Below are positions 18,284 through 27,775 of a stretch of 46,669 nucleotides of DNA, piece after piece. Positions within the stretch are counted from its first letter, which is position 1. Every line of letters begins with the position of its first letter. Source of the stretch: an uncultured Rhodovibrio sp. GTDB taxonomy: Bacteria; Pseudomonadota; Alphaproteobacteria; Kiloniellales; Rhodovibrionaceae. Both the position numbers and the translations under genes were made by a program. The notes beneath the pieces were generated by a model, which was not told where the DNA came from, searched no databases, and saw nothing but the letters and a program-made list of their open reading frames with translations. The stretch spans positions 1-46,669 of the forward strand of contig CAYRCO010000002.1 of NCBI GenBank assembly GCA_964422775.1, written 5' to 3'.

Positions 18284-19042
18284 CTAGGCTCCCTGGTAGG
18301 GCGTCTCGCTGGCCAGCGCGGCGAGTTCCGCGCGCAACTCCGCGATCCCGGTATCCTTCTGGGCGCTGGTCGCGGCGATCCGCGGGTGCAGGGCGACGTG
18401 CTTGGGCCGCAGGTGCTGCGTGGCCTCGATCACCCGCGCCAGCTCCGGCTGCTTCACTTTGTCCGCCTTGGTCAGCACCAGCTGATACGACACCGCGGCG
18501 GTGTCGAGCGCGCGCATCACCTCCTGGTCGGTGTCGCGCACGCCCCGGCGGGCGTCGATCAAGAGGCAGACCCGGCGCAGCGTGGGCCGGCCGCGCAGGT
18601 AGTCCTGGGTTAGCTCGGTCCAGCGCTTGATCTCGCTTTTCGGGGCCTTGGCGTAGCCGTAACCCGGCAGGTCGACCAGCAGAAGCCGGGAGCCGAGGTC
18701 GAAGAAGTTCAGCTGACGGGTGCGCCCGGGGGTGTTGGAGGTGCGCGCGAGCGTGTTCTGACCGGTCAGCGCGTTCACCAGCGAGGACTTGCCGACGTTC
18801 GACCGGCCGGCGAAGGCGACCTCCGGCAAAGCGAACTCCGGCAGTTGCGCCATCGACTGCACGCCGGCGACGAAGCCGCACTGCTGGGCGAACAGCCAGC
18901 GCCCCTGCTCCCGGTCGGGCAGCTCGGGCTCGCTCTCCGCCGGCGCGTGCGTCAGCGGCAGGTCGTCGTCCTCGGCGTCCCCGGCAGCGTGCTTGAGGGC
19001 GTCCTTGGGCGGCGCGTCTTCGCCGGGATGCGGTGGGGTCAT
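18284..19042 (-). CDS. yihA: Ribosome biogenesis GTPase YihA/YsxC (EngB)
   Basis: [26 protein letters not shown]. Confidence 0.96.
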   Translation of the reverse strand: MTPPHPGEDAPPKDALKHAAGDAEDDDLPLTHAPAESEPELPDREQGRWLFAQQCGFVAGVQSMAQLPEFALPEVAFAGRSNVGKSSLVNALTGQNTLARTSNTPGRTRQLNFFDLGSRLLLVDLPGYGYAKAPKSEIKRWTELTQDYLRGRPTLRRVCLLIDARRGVRDTDQEVMRALDTAAVSYQLVLTKADKVKQPELARVIEATQHLRPKHVALHPRIAATSAQKDTGIAELRAELAALASETPYQGA

Positions 19043-19143
19043 CTTACAAACACGCCTTTTTTGGCGCCGAGCGGAGCCTGGCGCCGAGCCGCGGAGTACC
19101 GGCTGGGCCGTGGACGGGGCCGGGCAGGCGGCGGGCGGACCGG

Positions 19144-21375
19144 TCAGCGCCGGTTGCCGCCGCCCTTCTTGCCCTTGGACTGGCCGCCGCCCTTGCGCTT
19201 GGCCGCCGGGTTGCTGGAGCCGCTGCGCTGCTGGCCGGAACGGCTGCGCTGGCCGCCGGACGCCTTGCCGGACGCGGCCTTACCGCCGCCGGAGCCGCCG
19301 CCCGCGGAGGCCTGCTGAGCGCTGCCGGCGGCCTGCTTGGCGCCCGCCTGCTGCTGCGCGCCATCGCCCGCGCTGCCGTCGCCCGCGCCATCTTCGCCGT
19401 CGCCGTTGGCCTGGGCGGTGACGTCGGTCGCCTCACCCTCCAGCGTCGGGCCGTCGTGCCCGGCCGCGGCCTGTGCGCCTTCGGGCGCCTGATCGCCCTT
19501 CTGGCCGCCGGACTGCTTGCCGCCCTTCTTGCCGCCGGACCCGTCATCGCCGGACCCGTTGCCGCCCGCCTTGGGCGAGCTGTCGGTCGACCCGGCCGGC
19601 GAGGGCTGCTTGCCGCCGATCTGCATGCCGGCGCGCTTCATGATGATGTACTGCTGGGCGATCGTGAAGATGTTGTTGGACGTCCAGTACAGCACCAGGC
19701 CGGCCGGGAACTGCGACAGGATGAAGGTGAACACCACCGGCAGCAGCTGGAAGATGCGCTGCTGCATCGGGTCCGCCGGCTGCGGGTTCAGCATCTGCTG
19801 GCCGTACATCGAGATCCCCATGACCAGGGGCAGGAACCCGATGTTGAGGATGTTGAGCGGGCCCAATTCCGGCACGCCCCAGGGCAGCACCCCGAACAGG
19901 TTCAGGATCGAGGTCGGATCCTTCGCCGACAGGTCCTGCAGGTAGCCCACGAACGGCGCGTGGCGCATCTCGATGGTGACGAACAACACCTTGTAGAGCG
20001 CGAAGAAGATCGGAATCTGCAAGAGGATGGGCAAACAGCCGGAGGCCGGGTTCGCGCCCTCGCGCTTGTAAAGCGCCATCATCTCCTGGTTCAGGCGCTG
20101 CTTGTCGTCGGCGAAGCGCTCGCGCAGCTTGACCATCTCCGGCTGCAGGTTCCGCATCTTGGCCATCGAGCGGTAGGACTTGTTGGCCAGCGGGAACAGC
20201 AGGATCTTCAGGATCACCACCAGGATCAGGATGGCCACGCCGAAGTTGCCGGTAACTTCCGCGAAGAAGTGCAGGGCCTGGAAAATCGGCTTGGTCAGGA
20301 AGTAGAACCAGCCGAAGTCGACCGCCTTGTCGAAATTCGGGATGCCGTACTGCTCGGCGTAGTTGTCGAGCAGCGTGACCTCCTTGGCGCCGGCGAACAG
20401 GCGCGTGGTGTTGGACACGCTGCCGCCCGGCTGGACCTGCATGCTGTCGTACAGCACGTCGGCCTGGTACTTGGCGACGCCCGCCTGCGACTGGTTGTGG
20501 ATGAAGCGCGCGTTGACCTGCTTGTCCTGGTCCGGGACCAGCGAGACCAGCCAGTACTTGTCGGTGATGCCGATCCAGCCGCCGGTGGTCTGGTAGGCGA
20601 GCGGCCCGTCATCCTGCACGTCGTCGTAATCGACCTCGTTCAGCGTGCCGTCGAACACGCCGATCGGGCCTTCGTGCAGGATGTAGTAGCCCAGCACGTC
20701 CGGCGTGCCGCGCCGGTTGACCAGGCCGTAGGGCGCCAGGCTGACCGGCTCGCCGGTCTCGTTCACCACCGTCTGCTCGACGGTGAACATGAAGTCCTCG
20801 TCGACCGAGAAGGTCCGCTTGAACGTCAGACCCTCGCCGTTCGACCAGCTCAGTGTGACCGGGTTGTTCTGGGTCAGCGGGCCGCCGCTGTCGACCTGCC
20901 AGGTGGTCTTGTCGTCGGGCAAAGTGAGCCCGGCGCGCGCGGCGTTCGCCCAGCCGAAGTCGGCGTAATACGACCGCTTCGCGCCTTCCGGCGACAGCAA
21001 GTCGATGCGCCCGCTGTCCTGATCGACCTGCTGGCGGTAGTTGCGCAGGGTCAGGTCGTCGATCCGCCCGCCTTGCACGTTGATGGAGCCAATCAGGGAG
21101 GGTGTGTCGATCTCCACCCGCTCGGTGTCGTCCAGCACGTCCGCCCGGTCCAGCGCCCCGGCCTGGCCCGGTGCGGCGCCCGGGACGCCGCCGCCACCGC
21201 CTTCCGGGCTGGGCGCGGTGGAACTCGAGCCGCCGGCCTGGTCCTGCTGCGTCGTCTGCTGTTGGGTGGCCTGCTGGGCCTGGCGCTCGCGCTCGGGCGC
21301 GTTGTAGAGCAGCTCGAAGCCGAGCAGGATGGCGATCGAGGCGACGATCGCCAGGATCAGGTTGCGCTGTTCCAT
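19144..21375 (-). CDS. yidC: Membrane protein insertase YidC with long low-complexity C-terminal tail
   Basis: DFGWFYFLTKP, YRSMAKM, GCLPILLQIPIFFALYKVL, EMRHAPF, FPAGLVLYW. Confidence 0.97.
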   Translation of the reverse strand: MEQRNLILAIVASIAILLGFELLYNAPERERQAQQATQQQTTQQDQAGGSSSTAPSPEGGGGGVPGAAPGQAGALDRADVLDDTERVEIDTPSLIGSINVQGGRIDDLTLRNYRQQVDQDSGRIDLLSPEGAKRSYYADFGWANAARAGLTLPDDKTTWQVDSGGPLTQNNPVTLSWSNGEGLTFKRTFSVDEDFMFTVEQTVVNETGEPVSLAPYGLVNRRGTPDVLGYYILHEGPIGVFDGTLNEVDYDDVQDDGPLAYQTTGGWIGITDKYWLVSLVPDQDKQVNARFIHNQSQAGVAKYQADVLYDSMQVQPGGSVSNTTRLFAGAKEVTLLDNYAEQYGIPNFDKAVDFGWFYFLTKPIFQALHFFAEVTGNFGVAILILVVILKILLFPLANKSYRSMAKMRNLQPEMVKLRERFADDKQRLNQEMMALYKREGANPASGCLPILLQIPIFFALYKVLFVTIEMRHAPFVGYLQDLSAKDPTSILNLFGVLPWGVPELGPLNILNIGFLPLVMGISMYGQQMLNPQPADPMQQRIFQLLPVVFTFILSQFPAGLVLYWTSNNIFTIAQQYIIMKRAGMQIGGKQPSPAGSTDSSPKAGGNGSGDDGSGGKKGGKQSGGQKGDQAPEGAQAAAGHDGPTLEGEATDVTAQANGDGEDGAGDGSAGDGAQQQAGAKQAAGSAQQASAGGGSGGGKAASGKASGGQRSRSGQQRSGSSNPAAKRKGGGQSKGKKGGGNRR

Positions 21376-21528
21376 CGTGGTCGCCGTTCCTCGAGCGAAG
21401 GGCCCGCATGCGCTTTCGCCGATGACGCGGGCGGGCGCGGGGGCGCGGTCAGTTGGGTCGGTCGTGGAGGCCTTCCGGCATCCAGCGGTTCGGTCGGTCG
21501 CCGGCGGGTCGGCTCCGGTCGGGCGCGT

Positions 21529-21891
21529 TTAGCGCGCCGTGCGTCGTCCAGCCGGACGGTCGTGTCGCGCGTGGCCGCAACCCCGGTGCGCGTCTTCCGC
21601 CGGGGGGACGGGATCGACGCCGAACCCGCCGCCCGGCCGGCAGCGCAGGATGCGCCTGACGGTCAGCCAGCCGCCGGCGGCAGCGCCGTGCACCCGGACC
21701 GCCTCCAGGCCGTAGGCCGAGCAGCTCGGCTCGAACCGGCAGGCGCCCTTGGGGAACACCGAGGCCACGCCCTGGTAGACGTAGATCAGCGCGATCACCG
21801 CGCCGCGCGCCAGCCGCGCCCTCGCGCCGCCCGGGCGCGCGGCCTCCGGCGACCGATCCATGCGCTGGCGATGCGGCTGCTGGCTAGCCAT
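21529..21891 (-). CDS. yidD: Membrane protein insertion efficiency factor
   Basis: [25 protein letters not shown]; ATG overlaps the end of rnpA. Confidence 0.93.
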   Translation of the reverse strand: MASQQPHRQRMDRSPEAARPGGARARLARGAVIALIYVYQGVASVFPKGACRFEPSCSAYGLEAVRVHGAAAGGWLTVRRILRCRPGGGFGVDPVPPAEDAHRGCGHARHDRPAGRRTAR

Positions 21892-22390
21892 CGGCTTGCT
21901 TCCCGTCGCTGCCCGACCGCGGATCACCGCTGGAACCGCCGGTCCGTCGGGGTCGGGACTGGCCTTTGGGCTTGCCCGGCCGGTTCAGCTTGTCGACCGC
22001 CTGCTTGAGGTCGGCCAGCAGGTCGGGATAGGCGCGGTCCAGGGTGCCGGCGCGGCCGATCAGCACGTAATCCATGCCGGGCGCCCCAACCGCCGGCAGG
22101 GCCTCGCGCGCGGCCGCGCGCAGGCGTCGCCGGGCGCGATTGCGTTGCACCGAGTTGCCCACCTTGCGCGAGACGGTGATCCCCACGCGCGGCGGTCCCT
22201 GGGTATCGGTCGCGGCCGCCCCCTCAGACGCATTCAGCGCCGCAGCGGCCGAAGCCGGCGGCGCCTCGTCTCGGGATCGGGCCTGGACGACCATGCCTGG
22301 GGTGACCCATTTCCGCCGACCGGCCGCGACTCGCAGGAATTCCGGGCGCTTGGTCAGCCGCCCGACCCGGGTCTGGCGGCCGGCCGGCAT
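21884..22390 (-). CDS. rnpA: Ribonuclease P protein component (with internal and C-terminal extensions)
   Basis: [39 protein letters not shown]. Confidence 0.95.
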   Translation of the reverse strand: MPAGRQTRVGRLTKRPEFLRVAAGRRKWVTPGMVVQARSRDEAPPASAAAALNASEGAAATDTQGPPRVGITVSRKVGNSVQRNRARRRLRAAAREALPAVGAPGMDYVLIGRAGTLDRAYPDLLADLKQAVDKLNRPGKPKGQSRPRRTGGSSGDPRSGSDGKQADG

Positions 22391-22407
22391 GGGACTCCGG
22401 CCGGCGC

Positions 22408-22542
22408 TTACGCGCTCAGACGCTTGCGGCCCTTGCGGCGGCGGGCGTTGATCACCCGGCGGCCGCCCTTGGTCGCCATGCGCGCGCGGAACCCGTGGCG
22501 GCGCTTCCGGACCAGCACGCTCGGCTGAAAAGTGCGTTTCAC
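22408..22542 (-). CDS. rpmH: 50S ribosomal protein L34 (not in the supplied ORF track)
   Basis: GTG start; translates to [44 protein letters not shown]. Confidence 0.98.
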   Translation of the reverse strand: MKRTFQPSVLVRKRRHGFRARMATKGGRRVINARRRKGRKRLSA

Positions 22543-22591
22543 GGCCCTGTCTCCGTCTTTCTATAAGGCTGTCGAGGTCGGTTGCGTCGGG

Positions 22592-22620
22592 GGTATAAGC
22601 GCCGCCCCGCCCCCTGTCAA
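22592..22620 (-). promoter_or_regulatory. sigma70 promoter of the rpmH operon
   Basis: Minus strand TTGACA-N17-TATACC. Confidence 0.75.
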
Positions 22621-22868
22621 CGACGCCTGGCGCGCGCCCGGCGCGACGCCGGTGCGGCCGGTCGTCCCGGACGGCCCGGGCAACGGCCCAAGCGGGTCAG
22701 CCAGGCGCAGCTGCCGGCGCCGTCGCAAGCCGCCTCTCACGGCCATGTGACCCGGTTGTCATTGGTGCCGAAGGTGCTGCGCGGCTATATGCGAAGGATC
22801 GGCGGCGGTGCGCGCGGGCCGCCGAACGCGACGCTGTAGGCGCAACCGCTGGGGAGGCGGCAGAAGCG

Positions 22869-23681
22869 ATGACCGGCAACACCACGAGCGACACGCAGGC
22901 GCGTCACGGCCCCGCCGAACCGGGCCAGCAGGCGGCCGGCATGTCCCCCCGGCGGCCGATCTGGCGCCGGGTCTGGCCGCTGGTGCTGCTGCTCGCCGGC
23001 CTCGGCCTGTTCTTCGCCCTCGGCCTCGACCGCTACCTGAGCTTCCAGGCGCTCGCCGACCATCGCGACTGGCTGATGGCGCAGGTCCGCGAGGTGCCGG
23101 TGCTGGCCGCGCTCGCCTACATCGCCGCCTACGCCGCCGTCGCTGCCTTCTCGATCCCGGGCGGGGCGGTGCTGACCATCCTGGGCGGCTTCCTGTTCGG
23201 CGTCTGGCTCGGCACCGCCTACGCCGTGACCGGCGCGACGCTGGGCTCGATCGCGGTGTTCCTGGCCGCGCGCACCGCGCTCGGCGACGCCATGCGGGCG
23301 CGCGCCGGCGGCGCGGTGCAGCGGATGCGCCAGGGCTTCCAGGAGAACGCGCTCTCCTACCTCCTGTTTCTGCGGCTGATCCCGGTGTTCCCGTTCTGGC
23401 TGGTCAACCTGGTGCCGGCGCTGGTGGGCGTGCCGCTCGGCACCTACGTGCTCGGCACCTTCGCCGGGATCATCCCGGGAACGTTGGTCTACGCCAGCGT
23501 CGGCAACGGGCTGGACGCGCTGGTGACGGCGGGCGGCACGCCCAGTCTCGGGATCATCTTCCAGCCGGCGATCCTGGGCCCGATCGTGGGCCTGGGGCTG
23601 CTGTCGCTGCTGCCGGTCGGCTACAAGAAGTGGAAGGCACGCCGGGCGGGCGCCGGCGACCGGCCGGAGGGGTCCGCATGA
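22869..23681 (+). CDS. TVP38/TMEM64 (DedA/VTT superfamily) membrane protein
   Basis: SIPGGAVLTILGGFLFG, LRLIPVFPFWLVNL, GIIPGT. Confidence 0.92.
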   Translation: MTGNTTSDTQARHGPAEPGQQAAGMSPRRPIWRRVWPLVLLLAGLGLFFALGLDRYLSFQALADHRDWLMAQVREVPVLAALAYIAAYAAVAAFSIPGGAVLTILGGFLFGVWLGTAYAVTGATLGSIAVFLAARTALGDAMRARAGGAVQRMRQGFQENALSYLLFLRLIPVFPFWLVNLVPALVGVPLGTYVLGTFAGIIPGTLVYASVGNGLDALVTAGGTPSLGIIFQPAILGPIVGLGLLSLLPVGYKKWKARRAGAGDRPEGSA

Positions 23682-25108
23682 CCGAGACCCTGACCCCGGA
23701 TCTGTGCGTGATCGGCGCCGGCTCGGCCGGGCTGGCGGTCGCCGCCGGCGCGCAGCAGATGGGCGCGCAGACCGTCCTGATCGAAAAGAACAAGATGGGC
23801 GGCGACTGCCTGAACACTGGCTGCGTGCCCTCGAAGGCGCTGCTCGCCGCGGGCAAGGCGGCCCAGCTGGACCGGCTGGCGGCCAAGTACGGCGTCAGCT
23901 ACGCCCCGCCCAGGGTCGACTTCGCCGCCGTCAACCGGCACGTCCACGACGTCATCGCCGGGATCGCGCCGCACGATTCGGTCGAGCGGTTCGAGGGTCT
24001 GGGCGTACGCGTGGTGCAGGCCGCCGGCCAGTTCGATGACGCGCGTACGCTCACCGCCAACGGCGTACGCGTACGCCCGCGGCGGTTCGTGCTCGCCACC
24101 GGCTCGACCGCGGCCGTGCCGCCGATCCCGGGGATTGACCGCACGCCGTATCTCACCAACGAAACGGTGTTCGACCTGACCGAGCGGCCGGAGCACCTGA
24201 TCGTGCTCGGCGGCGGGCCGATCGGCACGGAACTGGGCCAGGCGTTCGCGCACCTGGGCGCGCGCGTCTCGATCGTGGAGATGGCGAGCCTGCTGCCGCG
24301 CGACGATCCGGACATGGTCGCGGTGCTGCGCCAGCAGCTGCGCGCCGACGGCGTGGAGCTGTACGAGGGCGCGCGCGTCACCGGGCTAAGCCCGGAAGGC
24401 AACGGCGTCGCCGTCGACATCGCGCGCGACGGCCAGGCGGAGCGGCTCAGCGGCAGCCACCTGCTGGTCGCCGCCGGGCGCAAAAGCACGCTCGACGGCC
24501 TGGGTCTGGAGAACGCGGGGATCGGGCGGGGCGAGCACGGCCAGCTCAAGGTCGACCACCGGCTGCGCACCACCAACCGCCGCGTGTTCGCCGCCGGCGA
24601 CGTCGCGGGCGGGCCGCAGTTCACCCACGTGGCCGGCTACCACGCCGGGATCGTGATCAAGAACGCGCTGTTCCGCATCCCGGCCAAGGCCGACCACACG
24701 GCGGTGCCGCAGGTCACCTACACCAGCCCCGAGATCGCCAGCGTCGGCCTGAGCGAGACGGCGGCGCGCGACCGCCACGGCGACCGGGTGCGCGCGCTCA
24801 CCTGGTCGTTCGCCGAAAACGACCGCGCCCGCGCGGAACGCGCCACCGAAGGGTTGATCCGGGTGGTGGTCGACCGCAAGGGCCGGGTGCTGGGCGCGGC
24901 GATCGCGGGCGCCCACGCGGGCGAGCTGATCTACCCCTGGATCCTGGCGGTGCAGCGGCGCGAGAAGGTCGGCGGGATCGCGCAGATGATCGCCCCCTAT
25001 CCAACCTTCGGCGAGGTCTCGAAGCGCGCGGCCGGCAGCTTCTACACCCCGAGCCTGTTCTCCGAGCGCACGCGCACGATCGTCCGGCTGCTGGCGAAGT
25101 TGGGGTGA
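23678..25108 (+). CDS. Class I pyridine nucleotide-disulfide oxidoreductase (LpdA/MerA-like, no C-terminal Cys pair)
   Basis: VIGAGSAG, GGDCLNTGCVPSK, LGGGPIG, AAGD, APYPT; ATGA overlap with the upstream gene. Confidence 0.9.
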   Translation: MTETLTPDLCVIGAGSAGLAVAAGAQQMGAQTVLIEKNKMGGDCLNTGCVPSKALLAAGKAAQLDRLAAKYGVSYAPPRVDFAAVNRHVHDVIAGIAPHDSVERFEGLGVRVVQAAGQFDDARTLTANGVRVRPRRFVLATGSTAAVPPIPGIDRTPYLTNETVFDLTERPEHLIVLGGGPIGTELGQAFAHLGARVSIVEMASLLPRDDPDMVAVLRQQLRADGVELYEGARVTGLSPEGNGVAVDIARDGQAERLSGSHLLVAAGRKSTLDGLGLENAGIGRGEHGQLKVDHRLRTTNRRVFAAGDVAGGPQFTHVAGYHAGIVIKNALFRIPAKADHTAVPQVTYTSPEIASVGLSETAARDRHGDRVRALTWSFAENDRARAERATEGLIRVVVDRKGRVLGAAIAGAHAGELIYPWILAVQRREKVGGIAQMIAPYPTFGEVSKRAAGSFYTPSLFSERTRTIVRLLAKLG

Positions 25109-25241
25109 GCGGCGAGCCGCCCGGGCCGGCGCCACCCTTTCGCGTCCCGCGGTGTGAAACGCGGCAGGGCGATAGGGCGCAGACCCGTGGATCGTCCGAC
25201 GCCGTGCCCGGCAAATCGCGCCCGGGGGCAAACGCCTACCG

Positions 25242-26543
25242 TTAGGCCGCCTCTCCCTTCGGCGCCGGGACGCGCCAGAGCAGCGCTAGGCCGACCACGA
25301 AGAACAGCAGGATGGTGGCCATGCCGGCGCGCTGGCTGTCCGCCCAGAGGGTGACCCAGCCGACCAGCGCCGGCCCAATCCAGGCGGTCGCCTTGCCCGA
25401 CAGGGCGTACAGGCCGAACATCTCGGTCTGCAGGTGGGCGGGCGCCATGCGCGCCATCATCGAGCGGCTGGCGGCCTGCGCCGGGCCGATGAAAAGGCCG
25501 AGGCCGCAGCCGGCGATATAGAGCGCGGTCACCGTGTCGGCCGCGAGCGCGGCGACGCCAAAGCCGATCAGGCCGACCAGCGACATGATGATCGTGCGCT
25601 TCGGCCCCAGCCAGTCGTCCACCCAGGCGAACGTCAGCGCGCCCAGCCCGGCGGCGACGTTGAGCACGATCCCGAAGATCAGGATCTCGCGGAAGCCCAT
25701 GCCGAAGGTGCCGGCCGCGTAGACCCCGCCGAAGGTGAACAGCGTGTTCAGCCCGTCGGTGTAGATCATCCGCGCGATCAGGTAGTGCGCGATCTCCCGG
25801 TGGTCCGGCCAGATCCGCTTCAGGCTGGCGATCAGCTGCACCAGCCCCGCGCGCGCCGCCGCGCCCATCTTGAGGCCGCTCGCCGGCCGGTCCGGGACGA
25901 ACAGGAAGAACGGCAGGCTGAACACGGCGAACCAGCCGGCGACGACGAGCGCGCTCGCCCGCACGGGCTCCGCCGCGGCGGCATCCAGGCCGAACAGCGG
26001 CGGCTCCGGGAACACCAGCAGCACGAGGCAGGTGCTGAGACACGTAAGCCCGCCCGCGTAGCCGAGCGCCCAGGCCCAGCCCGACACGCGCCCCAGCTTC
26101 CCCGCGGGTGCGATCTCGCGCAGCATGGCGTTGTAGAACACCTGGCTGAGCTCGAACACCGCCGTGCCGAGCGCGATCAGCACGCTTGCCTGCAGCAGGA
26201 GATCCGCTTCCGGCGCGATCGTCCAGAGCAGCCCCGCGACCGCCACAGTTAGCACCGTGAACGCACCGACCCAGGGTTTGCGCCGGCCGGACCGGTCGGC
26301 GATCGCGCCCAACAAGGGGCTCAACAGCGCCACCACGATCCCGGCGATCGCGGTCGATGTGCCCCACCAGGCGGTGCCCACCTCGGGGGTGGGGGCGACC
26401 TCGCGGGTGACGTAGGCGGCGAACACGAAGCTCGAGATCACGGTCGGCCAGGCGTTGCTCGCCCAGTCATAGAGGCACCAGGCCGCGACCGCGCGGCGGT
26501 CGGCGGGTGGGGCGCTTGCGTATGCGGCGGCAGGCTCGGCCAT
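25242..26543 (-). CDS. MFS transporter, Atg22/BtlA (UMF1) family
   Basis: WCLYDWASNA, SPLLGAIAD, VFYNAML, GWALGYAGG, QAASRS, FGLYALSGK; about 12 TM. Confidence 0.9.
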   Translation of the reverse strand: MAEPAAAYASAPPADRRAVAAWCLYDWASNAWPTVISSFVFAAYVTREVAPTPEVGTAWWGTSTAIAGIVVALLSPLLGAIADRSGRRKPWVGAFTVLTVAVAGLLWTIAPEADLLLQASVLIALGTAVFELSQVFYNAMLREIAPAGKLGRVSGWAWALGYAGGLTCLSTCLVLLVFPEPPLFGLDAAAAEPVRASALVVAGWFAVFSLPFFLFVPDRPASGLKMGAAARAGLVQLIASLKRIWPDHREIAHYLIARMIYTDGLNTLFTFGGVYAAGTFGMGFREILIFGIVLNVAAGLGALTFAWVDDWLGPKRTIIMSLVGLIGFGVAALAADTVTALYIAGCGLGLFIGPAQAASRSMMARMAPAHLQTEMFGLYALSGKATAWIGPALVGWVTLWADSQRAGMATILLFFVVGLALLWRVPAPKGEAA

Positions 26544-26698
26544 GACCGGCAGGGTAGGGGCTGAGTTTGACAATCCAAACCGGTTTCCTCGGGCGCTTTG
26601 CGCGTGCGCCCCGCGCCACAGGCCCGCCACACCGTTTTCCACATTTCCGCCGCATTGCGGGCCAACTTCGGTCACAGCCCGGCGCGATCCTCAAACTC

Positions 26699-26892
26699 CA
26701 CGGAGATCCCCTCTCTGTGACGGAGGTTCCCAGCCGGCCTCCAAGGTGCCCCCACACCTCTGACACGGCTGGCGGAAGGGCGGCGGTCTCCTCCCCCCGG
26801 ACCCGTCGCCCGGCTAGACGTACACCGCGTGTGTACCAGCGTGTGTGTCTCGGCCGCGGCCCCTGCCCCCCAACAGGTGCCGCGGCCGTTTT
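26699..26892 (+). ncRNA. Putative multi-hairpin sRNA with C-rich loops
   Basis: Successive hairpins with loops UCCCC, CCCCCA, UCCUCCCCCC and CCCCCCAA; the last is a GC stem followed by TTTT. Confidence 0.55.
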
Positions 26893-27046
26893 CCGTTGCG
26901 CCGTCTCCAAAGCGCGCCCCGTGGCGTTCCGCCGCGGCGCGCCTGCCGCGTTGACGCCGGGCCGGGCCGCGTGCTTTTTCGTGCGGCCACCTGGCGGCGC
27001 GGGGCGCCGTCTGCAGCAACCCTCGCGCAACCGTGTCCGCATCCCC

Positions 27047-27775
27047 GTGGCTGCCGCCGATCTCCGTCCGCATGTTCACGATCGCCCGCCCGCGTCCGGG
27101 CGGTCCGAGGCCGTGCGTTTCGCCGGGCGCGATCTCGGCTGCGTGCGCGGCGACCGGGCAATCTTCGCGGGCCTGGACTTCGACCTCCAGGCCGGCGGCG
27201 CGCTGGTCCTGAGCGGGCCCAACGGCAGCGGCAAGTCGTCGCTGCTGCGCGTGCTCGCCTCCCTGCTGCCGCCGGCGGCGGGGCAGCTGCTGTGGGACGG
27301 CCAGGACGTCGCCGCCGATCCCGAAGCGCACCGCGCGCGCCTGCACTACCAGGGCCATCACGAGGCGCTGAAGCCGGAGCTGACGGCCGCGGAGAACCTG
27401 GGCTTCTGGGCCGGGCTGCAGCAGCCGTCGGGCGGCGCCGTGCAGGACGCGCTGAACCGCTTCGGCCTCGCCGATCTGGCCGACCAGCCGGTGCGCCTGC
27501 TCTCCGCCGGGCAGCGCCGGCGGCTGTCGTTGAGCCGGATCCTGGCGGCCGCGGCCCCGCTGTGGCTGCTGGACGAGCCCAGCGTGGGGCTCGATGCCCG
27601 CTCGGTGCGCACGCTGGAGGCGGAGATCGAGGCGCACCGTGCCGCCGGCGGGCTGGTCGTGCTGGCGACCCACCAGCCGCTCGACCTCGCCGAGCAGCAG
27701 GAACTGTCGGTCGCCGACTTCCCGCCGGCCCCGGTCACGGCCGACGACGACCCGTGGGCGGGGGCGTTGTGGTGA
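27047..27775 (+). CDS. ccmA: Heme ABC exporter ATP-binding protein
   Basis: GPNGSGKSS, LTAAENL, LSAGQRRRL, WLLDEP, ATH; start GTG 27047 or 27113. Confidence 0.93.
   Translation: MAAADLRPHVHDRPPASGRSEAVRFAGRDLGCVRGDRAIFAGLDFDLQAGGALVLSGPNGSGKSSLLRVLASLLPPAAGQLLWDGQDVAADPEAHRARLHYQGHHEALKPELTAAENLGFWAGLQQPSGGAVQDALNRFGLADLADQPVRLLSAGQRRRLSLSRILAAAAPLWLLDEPSVGLDARSVRTLEAEIEAHRAAGGLVVLATHQPLDLAEQQELSVADFPPAPVTADDDPWAGALW

Noticed and set aside
19033-22008. Very long alternative-frame ORFs (e.g. 991 aa here; also 3889-6192, 36699-39104, 42952-45345)
   Set aside because: Shadow or antisense frames of real genes in high-GC DNA; Arg/Ala/Pro-rich with no recognisable motifs.
22543-22868. oriC next to rpmH
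   Set aside because: No dnaA gene, no DnaA-box cluster and no AT-rich unwinding element; the single TTTTCCACA at 26635 is insufficient.
23678-25108. Mercuric reductase merA
   Set aside because: No C-terminal Cys-Cys, no NmerA domain and no mer operon genes.
26567-27046. Long N-terminal extension of CcmA
   Set aside because: It runs through a hairpin-rich, probably non-coding region and a terminator; homology begins near 27110.
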